DNA from: an uncultured Smithella sp.
GTDB lineage: Bacteria; Desulfobacterota; Syntrophia; Syntrophales; Smithellaceae
Reading direction: 5' to 3'
Assembly: GCA_964640755.1 (NCBI GenBank)
Contig: CAZXIP010000002.1
Location: 1 to 41,442 of the forward strand
DNA length: 41,442 nt
Shown: one piece after another, positions 8,815 through 16,897 of the stretch
Layout of the letters: each line of letters starts with the position of its first letter
How positions within the stretch are numbered: position 1 is the first letter of the stretch
The notes under the pieces: model-generated
What the model was told of the DNA's origin: nothing
What the model saw: the letters and a program-made list of their open reading frames with translations, nothing else
Database searches by the model: none
Program-made: the position numbers and the translations under genes

Positions 8815-8975
8815 TTTGCTCCAAAACAGCTGATAGACAATGCCCCCGGGGTTTCCATGGCAAAATAATACAGTTCGGTCATGAAGATCAACGGGGCTGC
8901 TTTCAATATCGGGGGCATCCATTCGGTGTCCCGGGTTCTTAAGAATTCAAAAGGCACAAGGAGTTTTTATATATT

Positions 8976-10655
8976 ATGACGCAACCGGTAAACCCAAACC
9001 AGAACGATTTTATCCGGGACATCATCGAAGAAGGCCTCCGGGAAAACAAAAACGAAGGACGTGTCGCCACGCGTTTTCCACCTGAGCCCAACGGTTATAT
9101 CCACATTGGACATGCCAAGTCGGTTTGCCTCAACTTCGGCATTGCCGCGCAATATAAGGGAACCTGCAACCTGAGGCTGGATGATACGGACCCGCTGGGC
9201 GAGTCCATGGAATATGTCGAGTCCATCATCCGTGATGTGCGATGGCTGGGATTTGACTGGGGAGAACGTCTTTTTTACGCATCCGATTATTTTGAGAAAC
9301 TTTATGCATTTGCGGTGGAGCTCATCAAAACCGGCAACGCCTATGTGTGCAGCCTGAGCGCCGACGAAATGCGGGAAAGCCGGGGAACCTTCACCGAACC
9401 GGGGAAGGAAAGCCCTTATCGAAACCGTTCGGTGGAAGAGAACCTGGACCTTTTTACCCGGATGCGGCAGGGCGAGTTTGCTGACGGCGCTCATACTCTC
9501 CGCGCGAAGATAGACATGGCGTCACCAAATATTGTCATGCGCGACCCGGTGCTTTACCGAATCAAGCGGGAACCTCACTACAGGACGGGAGACAAATGGG
9601 TCATCTACCCGATGTACGATTTTGCCCACTGCCTTTCCGATGCCCTGGAAGGCATTACCCATTCCATCTGTACCCTGGAGTTCGAAAACAACAGACCTCT
9701 TTATGACTGGATCGTGGAAAAACTGATTGAGAAAAACCGTCCGCGACAGATTGAGTTTGCCCGTCTGAATTTAAGTTACACGGTTTTAAGCAAGCGCAGG
9801 CTTATTGAGCTGGTGAAGAAAAACTATGTGCAGGGTTGGGATGATCCACGTATGCCCACCGTGACGGGAATGCGTCGCCGGGGCTACACGCCGGAGGCCA
9901 TCCGGAACTTTTGTGCCGAAATCGGTGTGGCCAAGAACGACAACCTGATTGATGTGTCCCTGCTGGAGCATTGTGTCCGCGAGGATTTGAATGAAAAAGC
10001 ACCTCGGGCGATGTGTGTTTTACATCCCCTGAAGGTTGTCATCGACAATTATCCGGAAGGCTGGTCTGAACAGTTTGAAATTCAGAACCACCCGCAGCGT
10101 CCGGAACTCGGTTCGAGGCAGGTTCCCTTTTCCGGGGTGCTCTGCATCGAGCGCGACGACTTTATGGAGGATCCGCCTAAAAAATATCATCGTCTCGGGC
10201 CGGGGCGGGAAGTGCGTCTTCGCAATGCCTACGTCATCAAATATGAAAGCATGGTAAAAGATGAAACTGGCGAAGTAGTTGAGCTGCACTGTACCTATGA
10301 TCCGGCAACCCTCAATGGACCGCCGGCCGACGGACGAAAGGTGCAGGGCGTGATCCACTGGGTTTCGGCGCAGGATGCCGTGCCCGCAAAAGTACGCCTT
10401 TACGACAGGCTCTTCAGTATTCAGGATCCGGGCGGGGAAGAAGAGTTTTTACAGTATCTGAATCCGGGTTCGCTGGAAATTCTCAGTACATGTTATGTAG
10501 AGGCAAGCCTGAAAGACGCCGTGCCGGGAAGCCAGTATCAGTTTGAGCGGCTGGGGTATTTTTGCGTTGATCCGGACACAAAACCGGGAAAGCCGGTTTT
10601 CAATCGGGTGGTGCCCCTGAGGGATTCATGGACCAGGATTGCCGGCGGAAAATGA
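8976..10655 (+). CDS. glnS: Glutamine--tRNA ligase
   Basis: [17 protein letters not shown] (HIGH motif) and VLSKRRL (KMSKS equivalent). The 559-aa length and C-terminal anticodon-binding region are as in GlnRS. Confidence 0.93.
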   Translation: MTQPVNPNQNDFIRDIIEEGLRENKNEGRVATRFPPEPNGYIHIGHAKSVCLNFGIAAQYKGTCNLRLDDTDPLGESMEYVESIIRDVRWLGFDWGERLFYASDYFEKLYAFAVELIKTGNAYVCSLSADEMRESRGTFTEPGKESPYRNRSVEENLDLFTRMRQGEFADGAHTLRAKIDMASPNIVMRDPVLYRIKREPHYRTGDKWVIYPMYDFAHCLSDALEGITHSICTLEFENNRPLYDWIVEKLIEKNRPRQIEFARLNLSYTVLSKRRLIELVKKNYVQGWDDPRMPTVTGMRRRGYTPEAIRNFCAEIGVAKNDNLIDVSLLEHCVREDLNEKAPRAMCVLHPLKVVIDNYPEGWSEQFEIQNHPQRPELGSRQVPFSGVLCIERDDFMEDPPKKYHRLGPGREVRLRNAYVIKYESMVKDETGEVVELHCTYDPATLNGPPADGRKVQGVIHWVSAQDAVPAKVRLYDRLFSIQDPGGEEEFLQYLNPGSLEILSTCYVEASLKDAVPGSQYQFERLGYFCVDPDTKPGKPVFNRVVPLRDSWTRIAGGK

Positions 10656-10792
10656 GGGCCGGCAGCTCGTTGAAACTGGTGTAAAGGTTCAGTGTACAAA
10701 ATTCGTTTTTTTGCAAGGTTCACCCCTTGCGTGCCTTTCAACATGCTAAGCCTCCGGATTTATGAATAGCCTGTGGGGGTGGATTTTATAAA

Positions 10793-10866
10793 TGGCTGGG
10801 GAACAAGGATTCGAACCTTGATTAACGGAGTCAGAGTCCGGCGTCCTACCATTGAACGATTCCCCA
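10793..10866 (-). tRNA. tRNA-Gln (anticodon CUG), CCA encoded
   Basis: Hand-folded 74-nt cloverleaf. Acceptor TGGGGAA/TTCCCCA, D stem GTTC/GGAC, anticodon stem CCGGA/TCCGT with loop CTCTGAC, T arm CAAGG-TTCGAAT-CCTTG, discriminator G plus CCA. The 5' UGGGG and 3' CCCCAGCCA ends resemble E. coli tRNA-Gln. Confidence 0.9.
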
Positions 10867-10925
10867 GCAGGATCACATTGAAAACGCTTTACTCTTTCGG
10901 ATGATACCCGTTTCGAGCGGGGGTG

Positions 10926-10954
10926 ACTATAATGCGATTGATTTTTTATGTCAA
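10926..10954 (-). promoter_or_regulatory. Near-consensus sigma70 promoter for tRNA-Gln (TTGACA-N17-TATAGT)
   Basis: On the minus strand, TTGACA is at 10954-10949, the spacer is 17 nt, and TATAGT is at 10931-10926. This is about 60 nt upstream of the mature tRNA 5' end. Confidence 0.6.
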
Positions 10955-11128
10955 CAAATTTTCCTGTCCAAGAAGGATAAAAGTCAATACCTGAAAAATG
11001 TGGCGATGCTTGCTGAAAGCATTTAATTTCATTAGGCATGGAGGGGTGACCTTCATTGTGCCGATTGATTCAATGCCGGATGGGCAAAAAATAAAATATC
11101 GATTTTAACGGCAGAAAAGGAGAGAATC

Positions 11129-11464
11129 ATGGTGGATAACATAACTCAAATAGGAAATCTGATCGATGTCTTGAAGCTTAAAGACATTGCGGCGTACCAG
11201 GAGCATTCTGTGGTCAGTCGGGAGATTATCAGGAAACCGGCAGGAACGATGACCGTCTTTGCTTTCGATCAGGGGCAGGGTTTAAGTGAACATACCGCCC
11301 CTTTTGACGCAGTGGTTTTTCTGCTTGAAGGTGAAGCCGAAATTACCATCGACAAAAAACCCCATTCGGTTAAAGAAGGGGAAATGATCATCATGCCGGC
11401 CAATAAGCCCCACGCGCTTAAAGCCGTGACAAAGTATAAAATGCTGCTTGTGATGATCAAATAA
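11129..11464 (+). CDS. Cupin domain protein
   Basis: 111-aa ORF with a good Shine-Dalgarno sequence (AAGGAGAG). It has the small single-domain cupin pattern (GLSEHTAPFDAVVFLLEGEAEITI...GEMIIMPANKPHAL). Confidence 0.65.
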   Translation: MVDNITQIGNLIDVLKLKDIAAYQEHSVVSREIIRKPAGTMTVFAFDQGQGLSEHTAPFDAVVFLLEGEAEITIDKKPHSVKEGEMIIMPANKPHALKAVTKYKMLLVMIK

Positions 11465-11604
11465 ATAAAAAACAAAAAGAGAGAGTTTGAACTTGTCAGC
11501 GACGATTTCAAACCAATCCGACGGCGCAGGGAAGAAGTGCTGGCGCAGTCATTTGAGCTTGAGAAAGAATTTGCCGGCAACGTTCAGGGAATCATGTTTC
11601 TGTG

Positions 11605-11629
11605 CAGGATTCACAATCCTGAATTTTTT
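11605..11629 (+). terminator. Terminator-like hairpin with T-tract
   Basis: CAGGATT (11605-11611) pairs with AATCCTG (11615-11621) and is followed by AATTTTTTA. It lies about 140 nt downstream of the cupin stop. Confidence 0.45.
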
Positions 11630-11877
11630 ATATGAAAACCAAATTTCCTTGACTTGGCGAATAAATATTAATATTGTAAAAAACAGAGCAGGGAGCATCC
11701 ATTAAGCAAGAGTTAACCTTTCATTGAATGCAATTCACAGTAAGAAGCAAAACCGGCGGCATCCAACTCGTCTAAAGAAACAGTACCATCAGTAACGTTA
11801 CAGACAAAAGACAACGAATAATCATTAAACAGGTATTATTTGTCAGCGGCGAATTTCAGTTCCATTCAAAATGAAAC

Positions 11878-13728
11878 GTGACGAAAGGCGGGGTGGCATT
11901 TATGGCGATTTTTGAATACGGCGAGTACAGCAACACGTATGAGGCACCGGACAATTTAGTGGAAATTTTTGAAAACAGCGCCGCTAAATACGCAAATAAT
12001 CTGCTCATGGGCGAGAAAGACAGTGCCGGGGTTTATCAATGGGTAACCTATAGTCAGATTGCAACGCGTGTGAACAATTTGCGGGCGGGGCTGTCAGCGA
12101 TTGGCGTTAAAGCGGGTGACACCGTCGGGATCATCGCCAACAACCGGAAGGAATGGTTAATTGGAGAGATGGCCACACAGGGCCTGGGTGCCGCTTACGT
12201 ACCCATGTATGAAAAAGAATTGCTCTCAATGTGGAAATATATTGTAAAAGATGCCGAGGTCAAGATCTTGTTTGTTTCCAAGCCTGAAATTTTTAACAAA
12301 GTGAAAGATTTCTCCTCAGAAATACCAACCCTCAAGCAGATCTACCTGATCGAGGGAACAGGGGAAAACACGATGGCCGGACTGGAGAAAAAAGGAGAGG
12401 GGAACCCGGTGCCCTCTCGAAAACCAAAGTATTCCGATGTCGCAGTCTTAATTTATACATCAGGGACCACCGGTGAACCAAAGGGTGTCCTTCTTTCTCA
12501 TGGCAATCTGGCGGAAAACGTAAAGGCAGGCCTGGCCTGGTTTTTAAACTTAACCGAAAAGAGCCGGTGCATCTCCATGCTTCCCTGGGCGCATTCGTTC
12601 GGGATTACGGCCGATTTACATGCTTTTATCCTGAGAGGGGGTTCTATCGGGATTATGGGATCGGTCGAGACGTTAATTGAAGATTTGCCCAAAATTCAAC
12701 CCACCTTCATGATTACCGTGCCAAGAATTTTCAACAAGGTCTATAACGGGGTCTGGGCTAAGATGCGGGAAGAAGGCGGCTTAAAACTGAAGCTTTTTGA
12801 AGCGGCGCTGGCGGCAGCTAAAAGCAAACGGGAAACAGGCAATGCCGGTTTGAAATATAAAATCCTGGATAAGATTGTCTTGAAAAAGATTCGGGCCCGC
12901 TTCGGAGGGTGCCTGGAAAACGCGGTCACCGGCAGCGCTCCGATGAACGTGGAAATTGCCAAGTTCTTTATAGATGTGGGAATCCCAACCTATGACGCCT
13001 ATGGCCTGAGCGAAACGTCTCCGGCTACTACCATCAACTCCCCTTTAATGGGGAATCGTCTGGGGTCTGTTGGCAAACCCATTAACAAAACCAAAGTTGT
13101 CATTGATCGATCACGGACAGGCGAGAACAATGACGATGGTGAGATTATTTGCTTCGGCCCCCAATGCATGATCGGGTACCACAAAAAACCGGAAAAAACT
13201 CAAGAAGTGATTGTCGAGATGAACGGGATGCGGGGTGTACGAACGGGAGATCGGGGACGTCTGGATGATGATGGATTTTTATACATCACCGGCCGATTCA
13301 AGGAGGAATATAAACTGGCCAATGGCAAATATATCCATCCTGATGCGGTTGAACTGGAAATGAAGGTTTTACCCTGGATTTTAAATGCGTTAGTCACCGG
13401 GGCGGGTCATGAGTACAATGTGGGTCTCATTGTGCCCGACTTGAAATTACTGCAACATCTGGCCACCGAGTTGAACTTATCCGTAAAACCAGAGGACCTT
13501 TTTGATCCCACTAACCCTGCCGGCCAGAGTTTCAAGGATTTGTTAACTGCTGAAGTCCAGAACCATTTAAAGAAAACATTGGGATCCTATGAAATCCCCC
13601 GCAAGTTTGCGTTTATCCTGGACGATTTTACCGTGGATAACGGCATGCTGACCCAGACCATGAAACTCAAACGAGGGGTGGTCATGGAAAAATACGGAAC
13701 TATGCTGGAAGATTTATACAAAGAATGA
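11878..13728 (+). CDS. Long-chain fatty acid--CoA ligase (AMP-dependent synthetase, ACSL-like)
   Basis: LIYTSGTTGEPKGV AMP-binding motif, YGLSETS and TGDRG motifs, and length of about 610 aa as in FAA1/ACSL-type ligases. The start is uncertain between GTG 11878 and ATG 11902. Confidence 0.85.
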   Translation: MTKGGVAFMAIFEYGEYSNTYEAPDNLVEIFENSAAKYANNLLMGEKDSAGVYQWVTYSQIATRVNNLRAGLSAIGVKAGDTVGIIANNRKEWLIGEMATQGLGAAYVPMYEKELLSMWKYIVKDAEVKILFVSKPEIFNKVKDFSSEIPTLKQIYLIEGTGENTMAGLEKKGEGNPVPSRKPKYSDVAVLIYTSGTTGEPKGVLLSHGNLAENVKAGLAWFLNLTEKSRCISMLPWAHSFGITADLHAFILRGGSIGIMGSVETLIEDLPKIQPTFMITVPRIFNKVYNGVWAKMREEGGLKLKLFEAALAAAKSKRETGNAGLKYKILDKIVLKKIRARFGGCLENAVTGSAPMNVEIAKFFIDVGIPTYDAYGLSETSPATTINSPLMGNRLGSVGKPINKTKVVIDRSRTGENNDDGEIICFGPQCMIGYHKKPEKTQEVIVEMNGMRGVRTGDRGRLDDDGFLYITGRFKEEYKLANGKYIHPDAVELEMKVLPWILNALVTGAGHEYNVGLIVPDLKLLQHLATELNLSVKPEDLFDPTNPAGQSFKDLLTAEVQNHLKKTLGSYEIPRKFAFILDDFTVDNGMLTQTMKLKRGVVMEKYGTMLEDLYKE

Positions 13729-13735
13729 TTCTTGT

Positions 13736-13769
13736 GCAGGAAGGAGGGACATCCGTCTCTCCTTCCTGC
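13736..13769. terminator. Strong hairpin between convergent acyl-CoA ligase and OFOR operon (likely bidirectional terminator)
   Basis: GCAGGAAGGAGGGAC pairs with GTCTCTCCTTCCTGC (15 bp including one G-U) around an ATCC loop. A T-rich stretch follows on the plus strand. Confidence 0.6.
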
Positions 13770-13828
13770 GGGTGTTCGTTTTTCCGGAATGGTTGTTCGT
13801 TGACGGGTACGAATAAGAGGCTCAGTTT

Positions 13829-14731
13829 TTACTCGTCTTTATTGTAATATCCCGCCCATTTCTCATCAATCTTTTGCTGGATGTCAGCAATTTGTGCATC
13901 GGTAAGAAGCCTGAACCGCGACTGTGTCCGGAAATATTCATGAACCGGTACCAGCTTGCGTTTTTCAATCAGCTTTTCGGAGGCGGCCGTCAACTTGAAC
14001 TCGCCGTTGACGATTTCGTAAAGATCGTAATACCCGGTTTCGACCGCCAGCCTGCCGATTTTGATTCCGTATCGCGGATCATAGCCCCAGCCCGGCGGAC
14101 ATGGGATGTGAATATGGAAATACTTGGTTCCCGGCAGATGCAGGCAGTTTTTGATCTTGTCATAAAGATCCAGTGGATAAGCCGCCGAGCAGGCGGCAAC
14201 GTAGCTCAATTTATGTGCCGCCATGATGGCGGGTACGTCTTTTTTCTGCTGGAGCTTGCCCTTGAACGGTGTGTTGGCGGTTATCGCACCGATCGGCGTC
14301 GTTCCCGATCTCTGAACGCCCGTGTTCATGTATCCTTCATTATCGTAACAGAAATAGATAAAATTGTCGCCGCGCTCCGCCGCGCCGGATAAAGCCTGCA
14401 AGCCAATATCGCTGGTTCCGCCGTCGCCCGCCCAGGCGGCCACCGTTGTGTGGCTGTTGCCCTGTGTTTTCAGGGTGGCGAGGATACCAGTGGCGGCGGC
14501 TGCTGTTGAGGCAAACGTCACATTCAGGCAGGGAAGTTTTGTCGAGGCAACAGGAAAAAGTCCCTGAAGCACGGTCAGGCAACTGGGTGGGACAACAAGC
14601 ATGGTGTCTTTGCCCAGGGCTTTCAGGCCTACTCTGTAGGCGATAGCGAGTCCGCAGCCGGTGCATGCCCGTGTTCCCGGGTGGACATACTCCTCTGTCG
14701 GTAAACTTAAAATAGTGGTTTTGACCTGCAT
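13829..14731 (-). CDS. 2-oxoacid:ferredoxin oxidoreductase, beta (TPP-binding) subunit
   Basis: N-terminal HPGTRACTGCG motif and GDGGTSDIG TPP-binding motif. 300 aa. Last gene of the gamma-delta-alpha-beta cluster. Confidence 0.85.
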   Translation of the reverse strand: MQVKTTILSLPTEEYVHPGTRACTGCGLAIAYRVGLKALGKDTMLVVPPSCLTVLQGLFPVASTKLPCLNVTFASTAAAATGILATLKTQGNSHTTVAAWAGDGGTSDIGLQALSGAAERGDNFIYFCYDNEGYMNTGVQRSGTTPIGAITANTPFKGKLQQKKDVPAIMAAHKLSYVAACSAAYPLDLYDKIKNCLHLPGTKYFHIHIPCPPGWGYDPRYGIKIGRLAVETGYYDLYEIVNGEFKLTAASEKLIEKRKLVPVHEYFRTQSRFRLLTDAQIADIQQKIDEKWAGYYNKDE

Positions 14732-14740
14732 TTGCTTCTC

Positions 14741-15940
14741 CTATAGCTTAAGGCCGATCCAGGTGGGTTCACTGGAAACCCGGCCCTGTGTCGCCGTCCT
14801 GAACATTTGTGTCAGATCGTCTGTTCGTATTTCACGGCCACCGATTCCCACAATAAAATTCTGGACGGACGGCAGGGTGCCTGTGCCCGCAAGATGTTCA
14901 TAGAGGGCGGATTTTAAATCCGATGTGAGCGCCCCTTCATAACCGTAACTCAACGCCTTCTCAAAAACGATGACGGTCTTTTTGCCTTTTAAGGCATTGG
15001 CGATGGTTTCGTCCGGGAAAGGCCGGTAGAAGCGGACGCCCATAACGCCGACCTTGATTCCTTCTTTTCTTAGCGCATCTACGGATACCCTTAATTGGTA
15101 GGTCAATGACCCGAGGCCGACGGCGACATGGTCGGCATCGTCGCACCGGTAGGATTCGATATACGGGTCGCCGCTACGGCCGAATATTTCGGCAAACCTT
15201 TTTTCCGCGTCGGCAGCCACGGCAAGCGTTCTCCGCAGTTCTTCCTGGAGCAGATACCGGATTTCCATGTAGCTGTGGGCCAGTTCACCGCGGACATCCA
15301 GGCGCACATCCGGCAGGGTCACAGTGTTGAGATTGGCCGGCTCCTCCGGGTTGAGTGCGTATTCAGGCTTAAATGGAGGCAGAAAGGCGTCAACCGTTTC
15401 CTGCTCAGGAAGATCAAAAGGCATGAAGGTGTGGGACAGGATGTATCCGTCGTAGCAGACCATTATGGGGATGCTTACTTTTTCCGCGATCCAGTATGCC
15501 TTAATGACAGCATCGATAATCTGCTGGTGGTCTGCGCAATATATCTGTATCCAGCCCGTATCGCGCTGTGAAATAGAATCCTGCTGGTCGTTCCAGATGT
15601 TCCACGGCGCGCCGACAGCCCGGTTGACCACGCACATCACGATGGGCAGTCTCGCGCCGGATGCCCACTGGACCTGTTCGTGCATGTACAGGAGTCCGTT
15701 GGCGCTGGTGGCCGTGAAAACCCTGGCACCCGCCGACGAGGCGGCGATACATACAGCCAGGGCGGAATGTTCACTTTCCACGGGAATGTATTGCGCCTTC
15801 ATATCGCCGCGTTCAACATATTCAGAGAGTTTTTCCGTCAGCGGGGTCTGCGGCGTGATGGGATAGGCTGCGATGACACTGGCGCGGCAAAGTTTGACAC
15901 CCAGAGCTGCTGCCGCGTTTCCATTTTCGATAATGTGCAT
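14741..15940 (-). CDS. 2-oxoacid:ferredoxin oxidoreductase, alpha subunit
   Basis: MHIIENGNAAAALGVKLCRASVIAAYPITPQT N-terminus is typical of PorA/VorA-type alpha subunits. 399 aa. Confidence 0.85.
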   Translation of the reverse strand: MHIIENGNAAAALGVKLCRASVIAAYPITPQTPLTEKLSEYVERGDMKAQYIPVESEHSALAVCIAASSAGARVFTATSANGLLYMHEQVQWASGARLPIVMCVVNRAVGAPWNIWNDQQDSISQRDTGWIQIYCADHQQIIDAVIKAYWIAEKVSIPIMVCYDGYILSHTFMPFDLPEQETVDAFLPPFKPEYALNPEEPANLNTVTLPDVRLDVRGELAHSYMEIRYLLQEELRRTLAVAADAEKRFAEIFGRSGDPYIESYRCDDADHVAVGLGSLTYQLRVSVDALRKEGIKVGVMGVRFYRPFPDETIANALKGKKTVIVFEKALSYGYEGALTSDLKSALYEHLAGTGTLPSVQNFIVGIGGREIRTDDLTQMFRTATQGRVSSEPTWIGLKL

Positions 15941-15945
15941 GGCGG

Positions 15946-16254
15946 CTACTCCTTGTCTTCTTCTGAAAATTTTGCTTCATCCACCATGGTGATGGCCCTG
16001 GTGGGGCATTCTTCCGCACAGATTCCGCAGCCCTTGCAGTATTCAAGGTCAACCCGCGGCGGGATCGTGCGCGAAATGACAATTTCCGGGCAGAACAGCC
16101 AGCAAATGAAGCAGGCTTCCTTGTTTCTTTTACAGGGGATGCAGAGGCTCTGGTCGAGCACCGGGCGCTCCACCCTCCATGATCCGGTTCTCCCGCCGTC
16201 CCCGGGGCCATGCTCGCTGTGCGATGTTTTCCTTCGGTAATTTCGAGTGCCCAT
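15946..16254 (-). CDS. 2-oxoacid:ferredoxin oxidoreductase, delta subunit (2x[4Fe-4S] ferredoxin)
   Basis: TGSWRVERPV motif followed by CxxC...C and CKGCGICAEECP clusters. ATG 16254 lies 6 nt after GGAGG. The ORF-track TTG at 16260 overlaps the gamma subunit stop. Confidence 0.8.
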   Translation of the reverse strand: MGTRNYRRKTSHSEHGPGDGGRTGSWRVERPVLDQSLCIPCKRNKEACFICWLFCPEIVISRTIPPRVDLEYCKGCGICAEECPTRAITMVDEAKFSEEDKE

Positions 16255-16256
16255 AT

Positions 16257-16817
16257 TCAACCTCCGACCCGGGTTCGTTCATAAGCAATCCTGGCAGACA
16301 AAGAATTTTTCTGTGGTTTTCTGGCGCTGAATTCCTCTTCGATACCTTTGATCAGGATATCAATTCCGAGCAGGGTCGTTGCTTTTTCCAGTGAGCCGAT
16401 GATTCCGGTGTTAACCATCCCATGGGGAAGTCCTGCCTCCACCGAAATGGCCGTGATATCCGCAATAGCCAGCTTGAAATCTTTAAAGCCGTATGATTCA
16501 AAAGCCATCGGGGTGTTTAAAACAATGAGGCCGCCTTTTTTGAGGCCATGCGTGACATCCGTTTCTTTCAGCAGCAGGTGGTCCAGGACAACGACGATGT
16601 CCGGGGTTTCGATTGGTGATAAATCATAAATTTTCGTTTTGGAAATTTTCAGGGACGTCATGACCGGCGCGCCCCTTCGTTCGGTGCCGAAGGTCGGCGC
16701 CATGACAACGCCCGCGTATCCGGTGGCAAAGGCCGCAGAGGCGACAATCTTGGCCGCTGTGATGGCGCCCTGGCCGCCCCTTCCGTGCCAGCGGATTTCA
16801 ATAAATTCTTTGTCCAT
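16257..16817 (-). CDS. 2-oxoacid:ferredoxin oxidoreductase, gamma subunit
   Basis: MDKEFIEIRWHGRGGQGAITAAKI is the canonical gamma N-terminus. The ORF-track extension to 17147 runs into the upstream nucleotidase gene and is not credible. Confidence 0.85.
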   Translation of the reverse strand: MDKEFIEIRWHGRGGQGAITAAKIVASAAFATGYAGVVMAPTFGTERRGAPVMTSLKISKTKIYDLSPIETPDIVVVLDHLLLKETDVTHGLKKGGLIVLNTPMAFESYGFKDFKLAIADITAISVEAGLPHGMVNTGIIGSLEKATTLLGIDILIKGIEEEFSARKPQKNSLSARIAYERTRVGG

Positions 16818-16897
16818 AAAAAACCTCAGTTCTTCACAAAAGCATGATTCAGCCGTAAAAGACAGGTTTCTGTCTTTTACAAATACAAATGGAAACG

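Noticed and set aside
8815-8975. Possible T-box leader upstream of glnS.
   Set aside because: The region is too short (161 nt) and lacks the conserved T-box sequence and specifier-loop architecture.
10746-11039. 97-aa ORF on the minus strand in the glnS/cupin gap.
   Set aside because: It runs straight through the tRNA-Gln gene and its promoter. It has no Shine-Dalgarno sequence and no recognisable protein features.
11541-11556. Sigma54-like TGGCGC-N5-TTTGA downstream of the cupin gene.
   Set aside because: The -12 element lacks the invariant GC (TTTGA instead of TTGC). The site lies upstream of a terminator-like hairpin rather than in front of a gene.
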